A DNA stretch of 64,000 bases from Oikopleura dioica (lineage: Eukaryota > Animalia > Chordata). The DNA lies in contig OU015567.1 in the NCBI GenBank assembly GCA_907165135.1, positions 11,470,001 through 11,534,000 of the forward strand. Reading direction: 5' to 3'. The notes under the pieces were generated by a model that saw nothing but the letters and a program-made list of their open reading frames with translations, was not told the DNA's origin and searched no databases. A program made the position numbers and the translations under genes. This document shows, piece by piece, positions 48,234 through 61,700 of the stretch. Position 1 is the stretch's first letter. The number at the start of each line of letters is the position of its first letter.

Positions 48234-51200
48234 TCATGTTTTGAGCAGCGGAGCAGTAGAATCAACAGTACTTGAAGTGGACAGAGTGTAATCCGATCTT
48301 CTGTTATTATGACTTCCTGCACTTTCATCTTTTAGCTTTTCTTGAATACTTGAGACAGTTGGCGGACTTAGCGATGATAGAGAGGATCCTTGACGCTTGG
48401 GCGTATTGGGCTTTCGAGGCAGCGAAGGAGTTACTTGTGTTGTTTGATCGGTAGTTTTTGGAGTTTTCTGAGATCTGACGAGGCATTTTTCGTTTGTGGC
48501 TTTTTCCGGAAGATCGTAGGAATACTTCTTTTTCAGTTTTCTGAATTGATTTGATAAAAATTTTCTTTTTTTTTTTTGATGATTGAATTATCACAAAATC
48601 CTCGACTTTTTCATAACCGACGAAAATATATACAACAAGAGACCAACCTTTTACTAATGAAGCAAAACGTCAAGTTAGCCAAGACTATCAAGATAAAAAC
48701 TCCTCCAGCTGCTAAAAGAATAAAATTCAACTCGGCAGATTGAATTCCCTCTAGGCCACTTGAGGAAGTACTAGTGGAGCCAGAAGTTGTTTGATTGCCA
48801 ACGATTCCATCTGTCTGAGTTGCGTTCGAGAGGCTTCGAAGCAAAGCTGACGAAGAAAGGGGTTCAGTTACAGTTGTGGTGGATTCTGTGGCGTTCGTTG
48901 TGGTGCTGGAGGGGGTAGTCTGGGTTTTTCGGATTGATGAACTCGTTTGAGTCGATGTTGTTGTTTTTCTTATGATCGTTGTAGTTGTGGTAGTTACGGT
49001 AGTTGTTTTCGTACTTTTTGGAGGCAGAGGGGTAATGCGTTCTTCAGTGGGTCATAAAATATTCTTTTCAAATATTATTCTTGCGAGAAATTATGACCGT
49101 TCCTATAAGTTCTTGAATAGAATACTTCTCGCAGTAAAATACTGTACCGGCCCTCAAAAGTCAACTTTCACTTCGGAAATTGGATCATTTGCCCAAATTT
49201 TAACTTGCGTCCTGTTCGAATATTCTTCAGCTTTGAAGCCATCAATACTCCAAGTAATGAGATCAAAATTGAACCGGGGCAGGGTTGGGCTCAAAGAAAC
49301 AGGTTTTCGGAAGGGCGTTTCAGGCTCCAATTCTTGCACTTCTCGCTGGACAACGTGTTGTTGACAGTTTTTCACGTCCGGGCACGTTCTATTTTCGCGA
49401 GTTTTGCTTCTCGACACTAAATAGTTAGAGCTGCTAAACAACGTTTTTTGGTCTCATTGATTACCTGTGCATTTATGGCTGGCATAATGGCAGTAGCCAG
49501 CTGTCTCCGAGTGACAGTAAATGCATTTCTCCACGCGTCCGCTCAGCTCACTTGGAAGCTCGGGGCAAAGATTTACCTCTACCATGTGCCACAAACCATC
49601 AGTTTTCTCCAGATTGTAAACCAGGCTGGAAGCCTAGAAAATATTTTCACTGTGCTTTATATTCAAGAGCTGAGTCCCGTTGTACTTTTTGGCGAGAGAT
49701 ATTTCCGTTTTGGCGCGTAATAAGCTTCATCTTACCTCAATTGCGAATTGACTGCGAATCTTCTTTTCTGTCGATAACAAGGCTTTGTTTTGATCTTGAA
49801 GTTTGATGACTTTGATAAAATTTGATGAGCGGTTGTGAATTAGAAGTTCTTGGCTTTTAGCGCCAATTATGACGTCCTCCTTCGATAAACCGCCGGGAAT
49901 TTTGGAGCTGATGAAGTCCCCTTCTAGTTCAACCTCATCAACTTTCTAAGAAACAACTTATTGAAGCGATAACAATATTCCAAGTACCTTGGTAGTAATT
50001 ACGCGGGTAATCGCTTCTTTTGAAAATTTACAGATTCCCAAGCGCTCGTCTGATTTCAGCGCGAATGGAAATCTGAAAATTCCGAAAAGAAAATTCTCGT
50101 CATCAGCGGTTTCGAAGGAAGTTGCGTGGTAACTGCAGGAATGATTGTCCTGATAAGATCATTATCGGCTAATAATTTTGGTTTTGTTTTACTTGGTATG
50201 GAAATTTTGGATCGCAGCAGCGCAGTTTCAGAAGAACTGGAGGGGAATTGTTTTTTGGGCTGCTGAGGGAAGAGACTCCATTGATTGGGAACGATTCGTA
50301 GATATCTTCATCTGTACTTTTCTTCGGTTTTAGGACTGGCTTATTTAACTTCTTAATTATTCGTTAAAATTTATTATTCCATTCTAACCGGTTCCTGAAT
50401 AGGAAAACCGCGCGTTCCAAATTCTCTTCATCTTTGTATACAAAAGACTTGATTGCGTTGTAAGTATTCTTTCTAGACAAGTCTAGCTCATCCCTCTTTT
50501 TATCCACCTCCTCGATCCCTCCGTTTTCGCTCAGCAAGCCTTTGATACTGTAGTGATTCAAGAACGGCGCAGGTTCCAGCGAAAGAGTCAGTACATATGC
50601 AGAATTTTGATCAGCCCCGTCCATAATTATTTCTGTGAGAGTTCGGGGGAACCAACGCTTCGTCAAGTAAAATGCTTTTGATCTTTGTTCTGTTGGAAGA
50701 TCTGTTCCGTTGTGCGAGAAAAGATGACATCTTGGATTTAGAGCGTTGTTGCCGCAGATCAGAAATTGTCGGTCGTTTATCTTTATTGCTTTCTCCAAGA
50801 GATTCTTGCAAGGATAACACTCATCGGATTTGTGGCACCCTTGTGATCTTCTGCTTTATTTTGGGACTGTTTATTTGCCACGTTTAAATATACGTCGTGA
50901 AAAATTCAAAGCATTATTTAATTACGTCGCCCGCGAAAAAATCAAAGAGCAGTGATTTACTCTGAAAGAATTCTAGTTACTGTACGTAGCGCCGATTAAC
51001 CACGTGCAAATTTGCCAGTCGTTGAGAACTGAGTGCTGCAGATTTATTTCGCGGATTTAACAATCCCATACCAATTAATCACGTCTCCTTTTTCCGGCAG
51101 TAGGGTGATTCGCGCGCATGGGTTTGCTACTGGACTTGTTGCTACTCAAAATTGGTTCAAAAAATCAATTCTTGTGAAATTGTGACCTTCTTGCTTCAGT

Positions 51201-51499
51201 GAAAATAAAACTATTTGAACCCTTTCCTGCATCAGTTAGCACACAGTAAGTGAATTCATCGACATCCAACCATACAAAAGCCGAGTTTCCAACCGGCGTT
51301 CCTATTCCAGAAGCCATTACTGTATCTATATCGACAGAGTGCTCGTCAGCTGATCATTTCTCGACAACTGTAACTTCCTTTTTTCAAAAAATGCAGCTTC
51401 GAGTTTCTGATTGTTCTCTCTTATTTCTCCAGGATCGACGGAGAGGCTGCACGCTGTGACTGAATTCGCAATTACGAGTGCAAATATTTGCACGTTCAT
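48234..51499 (-). CDS. Divergent transmembrane semaphorin-like protein (Sema-like, PSI-like, Ig-like, Thr-rich stalk, TM)
   Basis: CKNLLEK..FLICGNNALNPRC (Sema CGTNAFxPxC motif), Cys cluster CIYCHSETAGYCHYASHKC, Thr-rich stalk and TM FILLAAGGVFILIVLANLTFCFI. The start, with a signal-like MNVQIFALVIA, is tentative. Confidence 0.6.
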
Positions 51500-51842
51500 C
51501 GGATACGGTCTCTCCGCAGTTCCCGTGGAAAAAGTAAGTAGCCAACTTTTGGGGGGCAGGCGGGACACTTCAAGTCAAGTTGATTTCCTTGTTTACGCAA
51601 TTTTCCAAATTATACTGAAACACTCAGACTCGTTTAGCTAATCGCAAAACTTGAGCTTCAGTGAGTTCAAAATGAAAATTTCAATGACACCAAATCTCTC
51701 TAGATTATTTTTATTTCACGCAAAGGCAAAAAGTTTTTACAATAATTTAGTATAATAAAGAAATCGGCTGAGTTTCAATATTTATCAGAAAGTAAGCTTC
51801 CGTCACGTTTTTTTTCTCAAGTTGATTATTTTTCGAGGATAA

Positions 51843-52430
51843 ATGGACCGACGAACAGGGTTCAATGAAAGAAGAAAGGCAAATTCAAGAGAATTCGATT
51901 GCCTGAGAAAAGCAGCGCATAAAGAAATCGGAAAAGTCCAACACAAGATTCAGAAAATCAACAAGAAATACAAGGTAACGATTCACTACGGTGCAAAAAC
52001 TATTTTTGATTCTGAGGAACTCGATGAAGAGCACTCGATGACGATTTTGAAGCATACGAATTCGAGAAATAGGTTTATGTTTCAAACGACCAGTTATACA
52101 TTTTGATAGTGGGAAATATATTATTTTGAAACAAATCGAAAGTATGAAGGATTATGCAAAAGATCTTTCAAAAATTGAATTTCCGCGGGAAGATGAAAAG
52201 GAAAAAATGGACAAACTAATTCGAAAAACGAAGCACTACGAAGATATCTTAGATTTTCAAGAAAAACAGAAAGCTGATTTGGTAAAGAAGATGACTGATT
52301 TGACGGAAAGAGTTAAAAATGCATTTTTATATCGGATATCGTAAAAATAATTGTTTATAAATTATAACTTAATCATCGTAAAACTCAATTAAAGGAGGTT
52401 TTAAGAGAAGAAAACAAGAAGATTTTGTGA
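51843..52430 (+). CDS. Small coiled-coil protein of unknown function
   Basis: Consecutive K/E-rich ORFs 51843-52106 and 52126-52344 plus a short terminal exon, with AATAAA at about 52463. Confidence 0.4.
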
Positions 52431-55400
52431 GCTCTATCAATTTTGATGCACAAGTTTTTTGAAATAAAGACAACATTTGAAATAAAGAAGGTTTATTAAA
52501 CATTTGATTTATATTCGAGGAAGAAATTTTGTTCAGCAAACTACTGAATGCAAGTTGATTATTTAAATGAGTCCCGAAAAACGCAAAAGTAAGTGCGGAC
52601 GTAGCTCCGCCCAAAAATAGATCGTCCCGCCTCGGATTTATGAAATTTCAGAGGCGAAGTTATCATTTCGCGATCTTTGCGGCGATTGAGTAGCCACTAA
52701 TCTCGAGAAGCTAAATAAAAATAAATATTACCACCACGCTCACCACCGACTTCAAATAAACGACTTCCGCCAGGGCTAAAAGGCTGCACCCGAGGAGGGG
52801 TTCAGAACTCTTCAACCTAGAATTAACTCATTCACGAGTTGACGCACGAGTTTGACGAAGATTCGCAAATTATACATTGCTTTTTTGATTTATGCGCGTT
52901 TCAGAAAATTCGAATAACACAAAATAATCGTCGGGTTTTTCGGCCTAAAAGCATCATTTTTATGATCCTCTAAAATCCGCTACCTGAAGAAGAATTCAAA
53001 TATGAATTGCTTTCGAGCTGTCTAATTATCAAAGGCGATCCTAATTCCTGGGAACTTTTTTCTACCTGTAAGCACTTTAGCGTTTTTCTTTTTCGTGAAA
53101 ACGGCGTTGAGTTATTTATGAAGAGCCCGCTTTCTTTCCTTTGTATAGCTGTTTCTTATTCTATGCCAAACAATGTAAAACATACTTATTCTGGTAAAAA
53201 CGTGTTTAGCGATAAATGAGTGGAGCGAAATTCTGCTCTTTGGTTTTCTCCGACTAAATGAATAAGGACTTGAAAATGCTTGCAAATTTAATTTTGGCTT
53301 TTGTGAGAAAGGAGGCAAAGAACTCTCGAGAACAAAAAGCTTTTTTTCTTCGTGTTTTTATCAAAGATTTTTTTCTCTAAAATAGATGCAGCAAAGAAAA
53401 GTTAGCAAGACTCTGAAAGACAATTAGCCGTCCATATTCAAAATTTTCTGATCGCAAAAGCGTAAATTTACGTGAAGGAAAGTGCAAATCCGCTAATAGT
53501 AGCGACATGGAAGAAACGGTACGCCTTCAATCAAAGCGTAATATCCTCAAATCTGATAATTTTGACCGCAGCTCTACGCGCTCACAGTCCGTAAATCTTG
53601 TAAAACATCAGCGGATGTTGACTCTGCTGATACTGAAGTATCTGACTTTGAAGCTAGTAGGAACAGAATTGCTTGGTTACTATCGCAGTTGTTCTTTGTT
53701 TTTGATTCGGCGCCTTGCTAGTTCTATCTTCTCGTCAACTTTTCCCTTTTATTTTAGGCTGAGTTCATAAGCCGAAAGAATTCCAAAAGGCGCACACGTG
53801 TGACCCGATAACCTGCATGCAGGGTTGTTCTAATTGCTAGTCGGAACCGGAAACGTTCACCTTCTTTGCTCATCAATTAATCACAAGCTGACTTAAATAC
53901 AGACTTTTATTTAAATCTTGGGGCTTAACATTCTTAGAAATGACCAGGCGCTGTCAAGGCGTTTTCCGGAATCTGCTTGTAAAAGGCATTTTACAAATTA
54001 ATCTTTGCACAATTGTCAATTGGGAGAAAAATTGTTCAGCTCGTGGGCCACACGCAGGGCACAATAAGCCGCTTCCGTTTCGAACAATTCAAGCTCTGAC
54101 TTGTGTGCTTTCAAGCCCAGAAGAGCGTCCAAATATCCGGGAAGAAAACTGCTCTGAATACTGAGTATTTTGGAATTGACGCCGAGCTCGTGTAGAGTGT
54201 TTATCTACATAGACACCTTCTTTGTACTTTATGCAAAGGAGATACATAAATTTGCGCTTTGGAAGTCAAGATTTTGGAGCAAAGACACAACAGCACAGCA
54301 ACAAGGCGCTTTTCATAAATTCTGGGTATTGGACTTCTGATCAAGCAGCTTTGGACTTTGAGTCGTCATTTCATTGACCATTTTGGTATTTTTATTATTG
54401 CTTCTTGATTGATTAAAGGGGAAAATGACATTCCTCTGACATTTATGCCAAAATTTCGAGTTCTGAGCGACCCAACTTGCCCGTCTTGTCGTTTCCGAAG
54501 CTCTAGTCCTTAGTATTCCCGTTTATTTTCAAGAAAACATATCTCATTTATAACGAGACAAATTTTGTTTGTCAGAATTGCATTTACGTATTTATATATC
54601 AACAAGAAATTACACCTAAGTAGGGCTGGACTGATAGAACTTTACTTCTGCTGTTAGATAGAGAATCCGTTTCGCGGAACTCAAAGAACAGAAAGCGACT
54701 GAGGAACTAGAGCAGTTATTGTGTGTTTTAGTGCAGAAGAAAAAAATTCAAGGGCAGAGGACTTTTTTGTGGACTTTGTGATTTGGCGCCACCGAGCGCT
54801 GCGCCCGTCGCGTTGCCGCGCGCCCGTCCGCGGTCCACACGTTCCAAGCAATTTTCTAAAAAAAATAATTCTTTCTTCTTACCTTCCGTAATTGAACTTT
54901 TTTCATGCCTCATTTTTTCTGAAAAAGTACAAACGGATTAAAAAACCAAGAGAAAAGAAGAGTCGATAAGAGATTAAAAATGACGAAGGAAAAGACGAGC
55001 GAAGATGAAGACATTGGCAAAATTTACGAATTAGGAAAAAGGGATGATACTTTTAAACGATTGATTGCGAATTTTATGCGTATCAAAGTGGGGAAAGTTT
55101 CGGTCATCAAACACCATCAGTAATCTGAAAGATTAACCAGTCGAGAGGTGGAAGAGATTAGCCCTAACCGCTCGTTTTACACTGTTCAAAGTGTTTTCAA
55201 TTCTCTTCGCACTCGAGAACGAAACAGTAGAGCTGTTAAGAAAGGGGATTTCCGTCTTCTAAGAAGAAAAAACCGTGAACAACTCGAACTCTGAAATGTG
55301 CCAAACGCAACTGCGAAAGTTCAAGAGGCGAATTTTGGGCATAATCCGTATTTTTACGCTTTTAATCAAGCAAAAGCTCGAGCTTAGAAAACGTGTGGTC

Positions 55401-56904
55401 AATTATTATGTACGGTTCTTCATCTTTATGTATCTTTTCGACCTGAGCCGCCAGAACTCATCGTAACTCTAGGCAAACAAACGAACACGCTCAAGTCAGC
55501 GGAAATGGCTAAATCAGCTTTCCAGAGACTTCCTAAACCAAATAAAGCTACATAGAGACAAAAAACAAAAGCAAGCTCTGTTTATTTCCGAGTTCAATAT
55601 TTAAATCAACAAGTCAGCTGCAAGATAATTGACGTAGACTTCGTTCAAGCGTTCTGTATTCATTGTTTGTATTGATAATTATCAAATTGAAAGACCATAA
55701 TATTATTTTGACAAAAAGAAATAAAATAATTTTTTTCGCTGAAGTCTCTTGAAGATCACTTTTAACCATGGTAAGATTCTATAGCATTGTTCGTGAAAAA
55801 AATTCGGAGAACCAGTTTACTCGGCAATTAAGACCTCATTATACTCAAAAAGCGCTTCCGTGGCTTAAATTTGTAGAACAGATTTGTAGCCCGTTCATTT
55901 GCACAGTGATAAGTTTTAATAATCCTCCAGTTCGGCGGCTATCTGCTTCGAATAAATCTGTCTTTTCGTCCGTCTGACTTTCCGAGCGCTCCGCTCTTAA
56001 AATTTTTACGATTTCGATTCTTGTCTGACTGGACCGATCTTTTATTATTTTCATGGAACATGTAAATCAAAGTGGTTCTACATCGATCTGTAGTAGGTGT
56101 AAGTTTCTAAGAATGTAAATTACCAGTCGTGTTTAACGCGTTCGGAACACGCATTACAGTCATTGTAAATATTTCTATTACATTCTATTTCTATTTTAAA
56201 ATCCTTTGCTTATTGAAAATGCTTGCAGGAAGTGCACAAATTGGCATTAGAGCACACACAGAAGGAGATATAACCGAGATAACGAAAACCAAAGGTCAGG
56301 TGATTAAGCGATAGTAGCTGGATGGAGCCGCCTGCAGAAATATTATCATTTGGATGTCTCCAGTCCATTATACCCAGGGCGGATGTGCATGTCTAATCTG
56401 ACCATCGATCTGGCTTTAGAATCTTCACGTGTGTTCCCCCATCAAAACCGTAGTATGGAAAAAAGTTTCGGTAAAAGCGGCCGAAATATAAATCACTTGT
56501 AAAGGGTAAAATGTGATAAATATTTCGGTAGGCAGCCGAAAGAATTTTACAAATAAGCCTTGTTTTTTGGAAAAATATTTCGGTACGAGCCGAAACAGAA
56601 ATCAGAATTTGCTGTCTTCAGAGCAATAAAGTTTCGGTAGCTTTTTCCATTCTCATCCTGAATTGAGCTGAAAATTACATCAAATGAACGTCCCTTATCA
56701 ATTTGTCAGCTCTAAAATATCGAGTTATTTTCCGTTCAAAAACGGAAGACCTTAGGACTAGTAGTGGAGACTCATCTTACTTCTACCAAAAGATTTTTTT
56801 TAGATAAAAGTACTTAGTTAAGTCTTAGGTATTTTCTATTGATTGAGGTTAGGGTTAGGGGCACTGGGCAAAATGACAGAACAAACTCACCCGAGGGGGA
56901 TAGG

Positions 56905-56949
56905 CTAGGGTTAGTTAGGGTTACCGAAGGTAACCCTAAGTAACCCTAG
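56905..56949. repeat. Telomere-repeat-like hairpin (21-bp stem, GAA loop)
   Basis: CTAGGGTTAGTTAGGGTTACC-GAA-GGTAACCCTAAGTAACCCTAG, one mismatch. Confidence 0.9.
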
Positions 56950-57034
56950 ACTAGACCCCGGCATCTTAGGCCCGAAGGGGCGGAGCCCCGAGGTAAGGGG
57001 CACTTAGATTTGATAATTTCCTGCTGAAAAATTC

Positions 57035-57313
57035 GGGGACGGACGGTGCCGGTACCAATCCAAAATTGGTACCCGGTACCAAATTTCTGGTACCCGGTAC
57101 CAAAAAAATGTCAGGATACCGAGCCGAAATTGATTTTAAAAGGTGTTTTTGGTCAATAAATGAAGTTTTCTTACAATTCAGCCGCGGAGCGGACATTAGT
57201 TTTTTGATGGGTCAGAAAAAATGTTTGACTTTGGTACCGGGTACCAATTTTTTGGTACCGGGTACCAATTTTGGTACCGGGTACCAATTTGGTACCGGCA
57301 CCGTCCGTCTCCC
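57035..57313. mobile_element. Nested 279-bp MITE with GGTACC-rich TIRs and 9-bp TSD GAAAAATTC
   Basis: TSD at 57026-57034 and 57314-57322. The TIRs GGG(A)GACGGACGGTGCCGGTACCAA carry arrays of GGTACC(C)GGTACC. Confidence 0.88.
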
Positions 57314-58709
57314 GAAAAATTCAGTCTTTTTCTACCGAAATGTTTTTGCTAGAAATGAATTCAAAAGTGAGAAAGATTTCGGTAGCCTACCGAAACTTTT
57401 TTTCCTTAAAGTGGGGAAAAAAGTGAGAAAAGTTTCGGCTGTTACCGAAAGATTAATCAGAAAATAAGCTCACCATATTTCGGCTATTTTACCGAAACAT
57501 TTTTCCATACTACCATCAAAACATCGCGCGCCAGTGGGTTAAAAATGTCGCAAAAAAGGAACTTTTTTAAAATTTCAACTTGATTTCGTAACTTGATTTA
57601 CCAATCAAAGACACACGGAGTGTTTAATTAAATCAAGAGCTACAAAGGCTTATCATGTAGTTCAATGTTGTCAAATGCAAAATCCTTTTAAAGTGAATAT
57701 TTTTACTAATAACTTATTATGGAGAGAAAGTGCTGAGATTCGTGGGAAAGGATTTTCTAGGGTCGAAGGGGCTGTTGCCCAGAGTTACATCCGCAAACAA
57801 GCTGGCACTGCGCCCATTCGAAAATTGAGATAAAAACGGCCCTTTCTATCTTTTTGAAAAAAATAAAATCTGTTTGCTCTGACAAGCGACAAAAGCCTGC
57901 TCACAATACAAAAAAAAACGCATAAAAGGCAGCATAAAAACGCGCTTGACTGTATTTTAGGGAATTCTGAAAGAAAATTATTGTTGTCTATTTTGGCAAC
58001 AGACTATCACCCTTTGATAAAGCAAGTTCACTGGCAGTGCTGGTGTTCGAAGTGCCACCAAGTGTCCCGCTATCTGGAATCGAGCTTTACAAACAGTTTG
58101 TTTCAACAAATCTGGGCACGCTCATCAGCCAGCGACTTGTCGAAAACGAAGATAAAATAAGGTAACCATAACCAGAATGAAACAAAATTAACCCAAGCTC
58201 AAACAGTTGCATCGGTTGCCAGATGACCTATCATATTTTCTGTCAATATAAGACATCTTTTTGCTCAGATGTTCAAATTGCCCGAGAAATAGCTTAATTA
58301 GCAGCCAGAAAAATGCAAAGTTTGGAAATATTTACTCGATCAAATAGCTCAACTTGTCCAGCGCTGAAATTTTAATCGTATTTACGAGCAACCCTGTTCC
58401 GTCTCCTCAAGTGCGAAAATTGCCCCTGTGAGAAATGCTGCTCTAGAAACAACATCTCAAGTCTATTTGAGCGGAGATTAAATTTGTGAGCGCTGAGATT
58501 TAAACTTTGTAAATATGTCATAATGAAGTTCAATGACCCAAGAGTACCGAAAGCTCTTCAAATTTGTCTTTCCGTATTTATAAATTTCAAGCAAAATGCC
58601 AGCTCTCAGATTTTCCAAATTATCTTTCCGTCCCGACGCTAGTAAAAATCACGAGGAACGATAATAACAAGGGCCTTCAAAAAACTGTAAATCTCAAAAC
58701 TGTCGTAGA

Positions 58710-61700
58710 TATTTTGGAACGATCGAAACTCCACCGAGTCTGCTAATAACAGGAACGCGGCCGAGTTTGTACCGACTTGCGGAAGCATGGAGAAACAGAC
58801 TTTTAAAAGCCCCGGAGCATACGAAGATTTTAACTTACGGTAAGTCGCACAGCTTTTACGAGACAGTTTCCAAACATTCCTTTGACTCTGACGCAGAAAC
58901 AGACGCGTGAATGGCCATTTATTTGCTAAAGTTTTCTCCGTTTCGGCCACAATCGGAAACAATAAAGCTCAAGATAAGTAATATATATTCTCTTGTTGCT
59001 TTATTGATTATTCCGGAATGGGCCTATATTCCCAGGTGCACCTGCTGCGCGCTCAATGGCCGGGAAAGCTGCGGGACACCACCAAATATGAACAGCAATT
59101 ACTATTGTCCGCTTCGTGTCCTCTTTACCCCGCGCTAATTTACTACTTTGTCATATGTCAGCAATTTTAGGAAGAATGTAAAAGGTTAATAGCTCTTTGT
59201 AAGAAAGAAATCTACTTTTTGTCTTCAAATTTACGAAATAATAAGGTCCTACAAGTAAATGAGACGTTAGCACAATTTTGAACTCTCAATCAGGTGATGC
59301 AAAATCGAAACATTTTATTAATACTTTTGAAAAATTATTCTTACTATAAAAACTTTTTCAGGAATGCTGGAAGGTCTAAGAATGGAGTCAATTCCTCAAA
59401 AAACACGAATCGAGCTTCCCGAGCTGGTTCTGATGGCGGTGGCTGACCTCAATCACCAGAGCTTCCCTGCTCATGCGGCCACAATCCAGCAGCATCTAAC
59501 TGAGAAATGTGACGAAATGATCATCCCCTCAACAGCATCAATCGAATATTGCCTCACAAACTTGCTAAAAGCCAAGAAAATCTACTCGCACAGTGGCGGC
59601 TTCAGGTACAAGTCGTGTATTATTTTTCTCAGGAATTTTAGAGCAAAATAGTGAAATTTTTTGGGTGCCCATTTGAGCACTCATTTTGAGTGTCTAATGA
59701 AAATTGCCAGCTCCATTGAAAGGGACTTTGTAATCAAAATAGCGGCCTCTGTGGTTATTTTCGAAAATTCCGTCTGAGTGGAATGCGGTGACGTTTGTGG
59801 CTTTTGCCCGGCGGAATCCTCCATTGTGAGCATAAGGCTTATTCTTAACACGTTGGATAGACAGATTTATACCAAACTTGATTTACAGCAAAATTTCCGA
59901 GAATAAAGATTCGAACTAAAGTTCCTTTTCAGAATTGTCGTTCAAAAACCGACTCAAGAAACGAGCAAAGGAAGAAGATCCTGCCCTCCACCAGATTCTC
60001 TCAACAAGTCGTTTGAAGTCCACGAGGCGAAAACTCCGTCTAAACAGCAGAAAAACCGCCGCAAAACTGAGGGAGCTAAGCCATCTTCTCCAATCAATTC
60101 GCCAAAAGAAAAGAACCAAAACTCTGGGAATTTTTTCTCATCTGGATTCAAAAAGCTTCGCCGGACGATGCGCAAGAAGAAATCCATCGAGACCTCCCCA
60201 GCTCAAATAAAATCGATGAACCTGACAAAGCAAAACTCGGATTCGGGAGTCGAGCTAAATAAAAATTCCAATCCTTCCGGTACTTCTCTGACTTCAAGTC
60301 AAGTTCAGACCAAATCTGATGAGTCGACTAATTATCCAGTCTTGAGCCCGTCGCGAGCATTTGACCTAGGTATAAATATCTGGATTCTAGTGAACAAACA
60401 AATTTTTCTAGGCTACGAAAACCGAGCAGAACGACACTCGGTCAGACGAGCAAATTACGCCAGTGAGTGTGAGTCAATCGCCAGTTCCAGAGTCTCTTCG
60501 CGCGTCAAACAAAAACCAAAGTACCGAAATGGACGAAGACGGCGATCCAAAGGCGCACACGGGTCTAAGAGCTCTCGTTCTACGTCAAGACCAACAAGCG
60601 AAGAAGTCCGGTGAGTCCTTACGCAAAACAACTATTTACCCCCGGAAATCAATCTCGGAAAGAATCGCTCATTTTTGCGCTTACTTTTGTACTTTCGCGG
60701 ATTTAGCGTCGATTCCAGCCAAGTTTATTCAAATACAGATTCTTTGAATCATAAAGGAACTTGCTGAATAAAATAAACGGGAAGATATTATTTGAAATTT
60801 TCCCAGACCTTCTGGCTTTCAGAATTTCCGTTCTTTTGTCCATATAAATATACATTTCAATTCTCAGCACGTTACGTTCCCCGGAAGAGGTGGATAATCT
60901 GCCCTTTAGTCGGGACCTCAAGGAATCAAACATTAATTGATAATTACTGTTTAGACCTGCGTCAGCTGTCCCAAGTTCATATGGTCCTCCGTCAGAGGCT
61001 CCGCCACCGTCGCGAGGCGACTCGACAGTATTACTAGATGCTGAGGTGGACCGCTTCATGGAAATTCCTCCATTACAAGCTGCGTCAATAAACACAATCG
61101 ACGAACAAGATGTCGATGGAATTTCCAACGGTGCTCGTGCCAACATGAACGCAAACAACAATGACTCGATTACAATAAACGTCAAGGATGAGAGTGGCAA
61201 TTCTATTAGCGAAGAGCTCAGATTCGACAAGGAGAAATCTGACTTCCCTCCGCCTCCTGTACAATTGCTCCGTCTTGAATCAAGAAATCAAAGCTACGCC
61301 GCAAGGCCGCAATCTCGTGCTGCATCTCGTGGTCCAAGCACTCCAAGATATGCGACAAAAACGCTTCCGCGTGAAATAAAAATCCTTGAAACTTCTCCCA
61401 ACAGTCCGAAATCGATCATTCCTGGTCAAGAGCCTTGTAAGATTAATCATTTTGTCTGACATCAATTGTATTTCTAGCAAAACTGCTTCCCAAGCCCCGT
61501 TCAAGCTCAGTAGGAAACGGACTGGATGTTGCTCCACGAAGTTTCTCCCCGCCGGTACGCCGAAAAGACCTCAAACCAGACAATTCTTCCTCAAGCTACA
61601 GTAATCACAATCGCATGTACCGCTCCCAGACGCCAAACCCAATCTCAATGATAACGGACCAGCTGAAACGAAATCAAATGCGGCGGAGCCAGACGCCGAC

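Larger units (their letters stand above)
56449..57513. mobile_element. Mutator/foldback-like non-autonomous element, TIR GTAGTATGGAAAAA.GTTTCGGTAAAA, TSD (C)ATCAAAAC
   Basis: The termini are inverted. CATCAAAAC occurs at 56440-56448 and 57514-57522, with one unpaired C at the left end. TTTCGG..CCGAAA subterminal palindromes repeat about every 55 bp. Confidence 0.8.

Noticed and set aside
56849-56949. Chromosome end or true telomere
   Set aside because: Only a few repeats, interstitial and inside a TSD-flanked element.
58911-59138. Cys-rich ORF as a separate gene
   Set aside because: It lies in the STOX intron, has no recognisable motif and shows no splice support.
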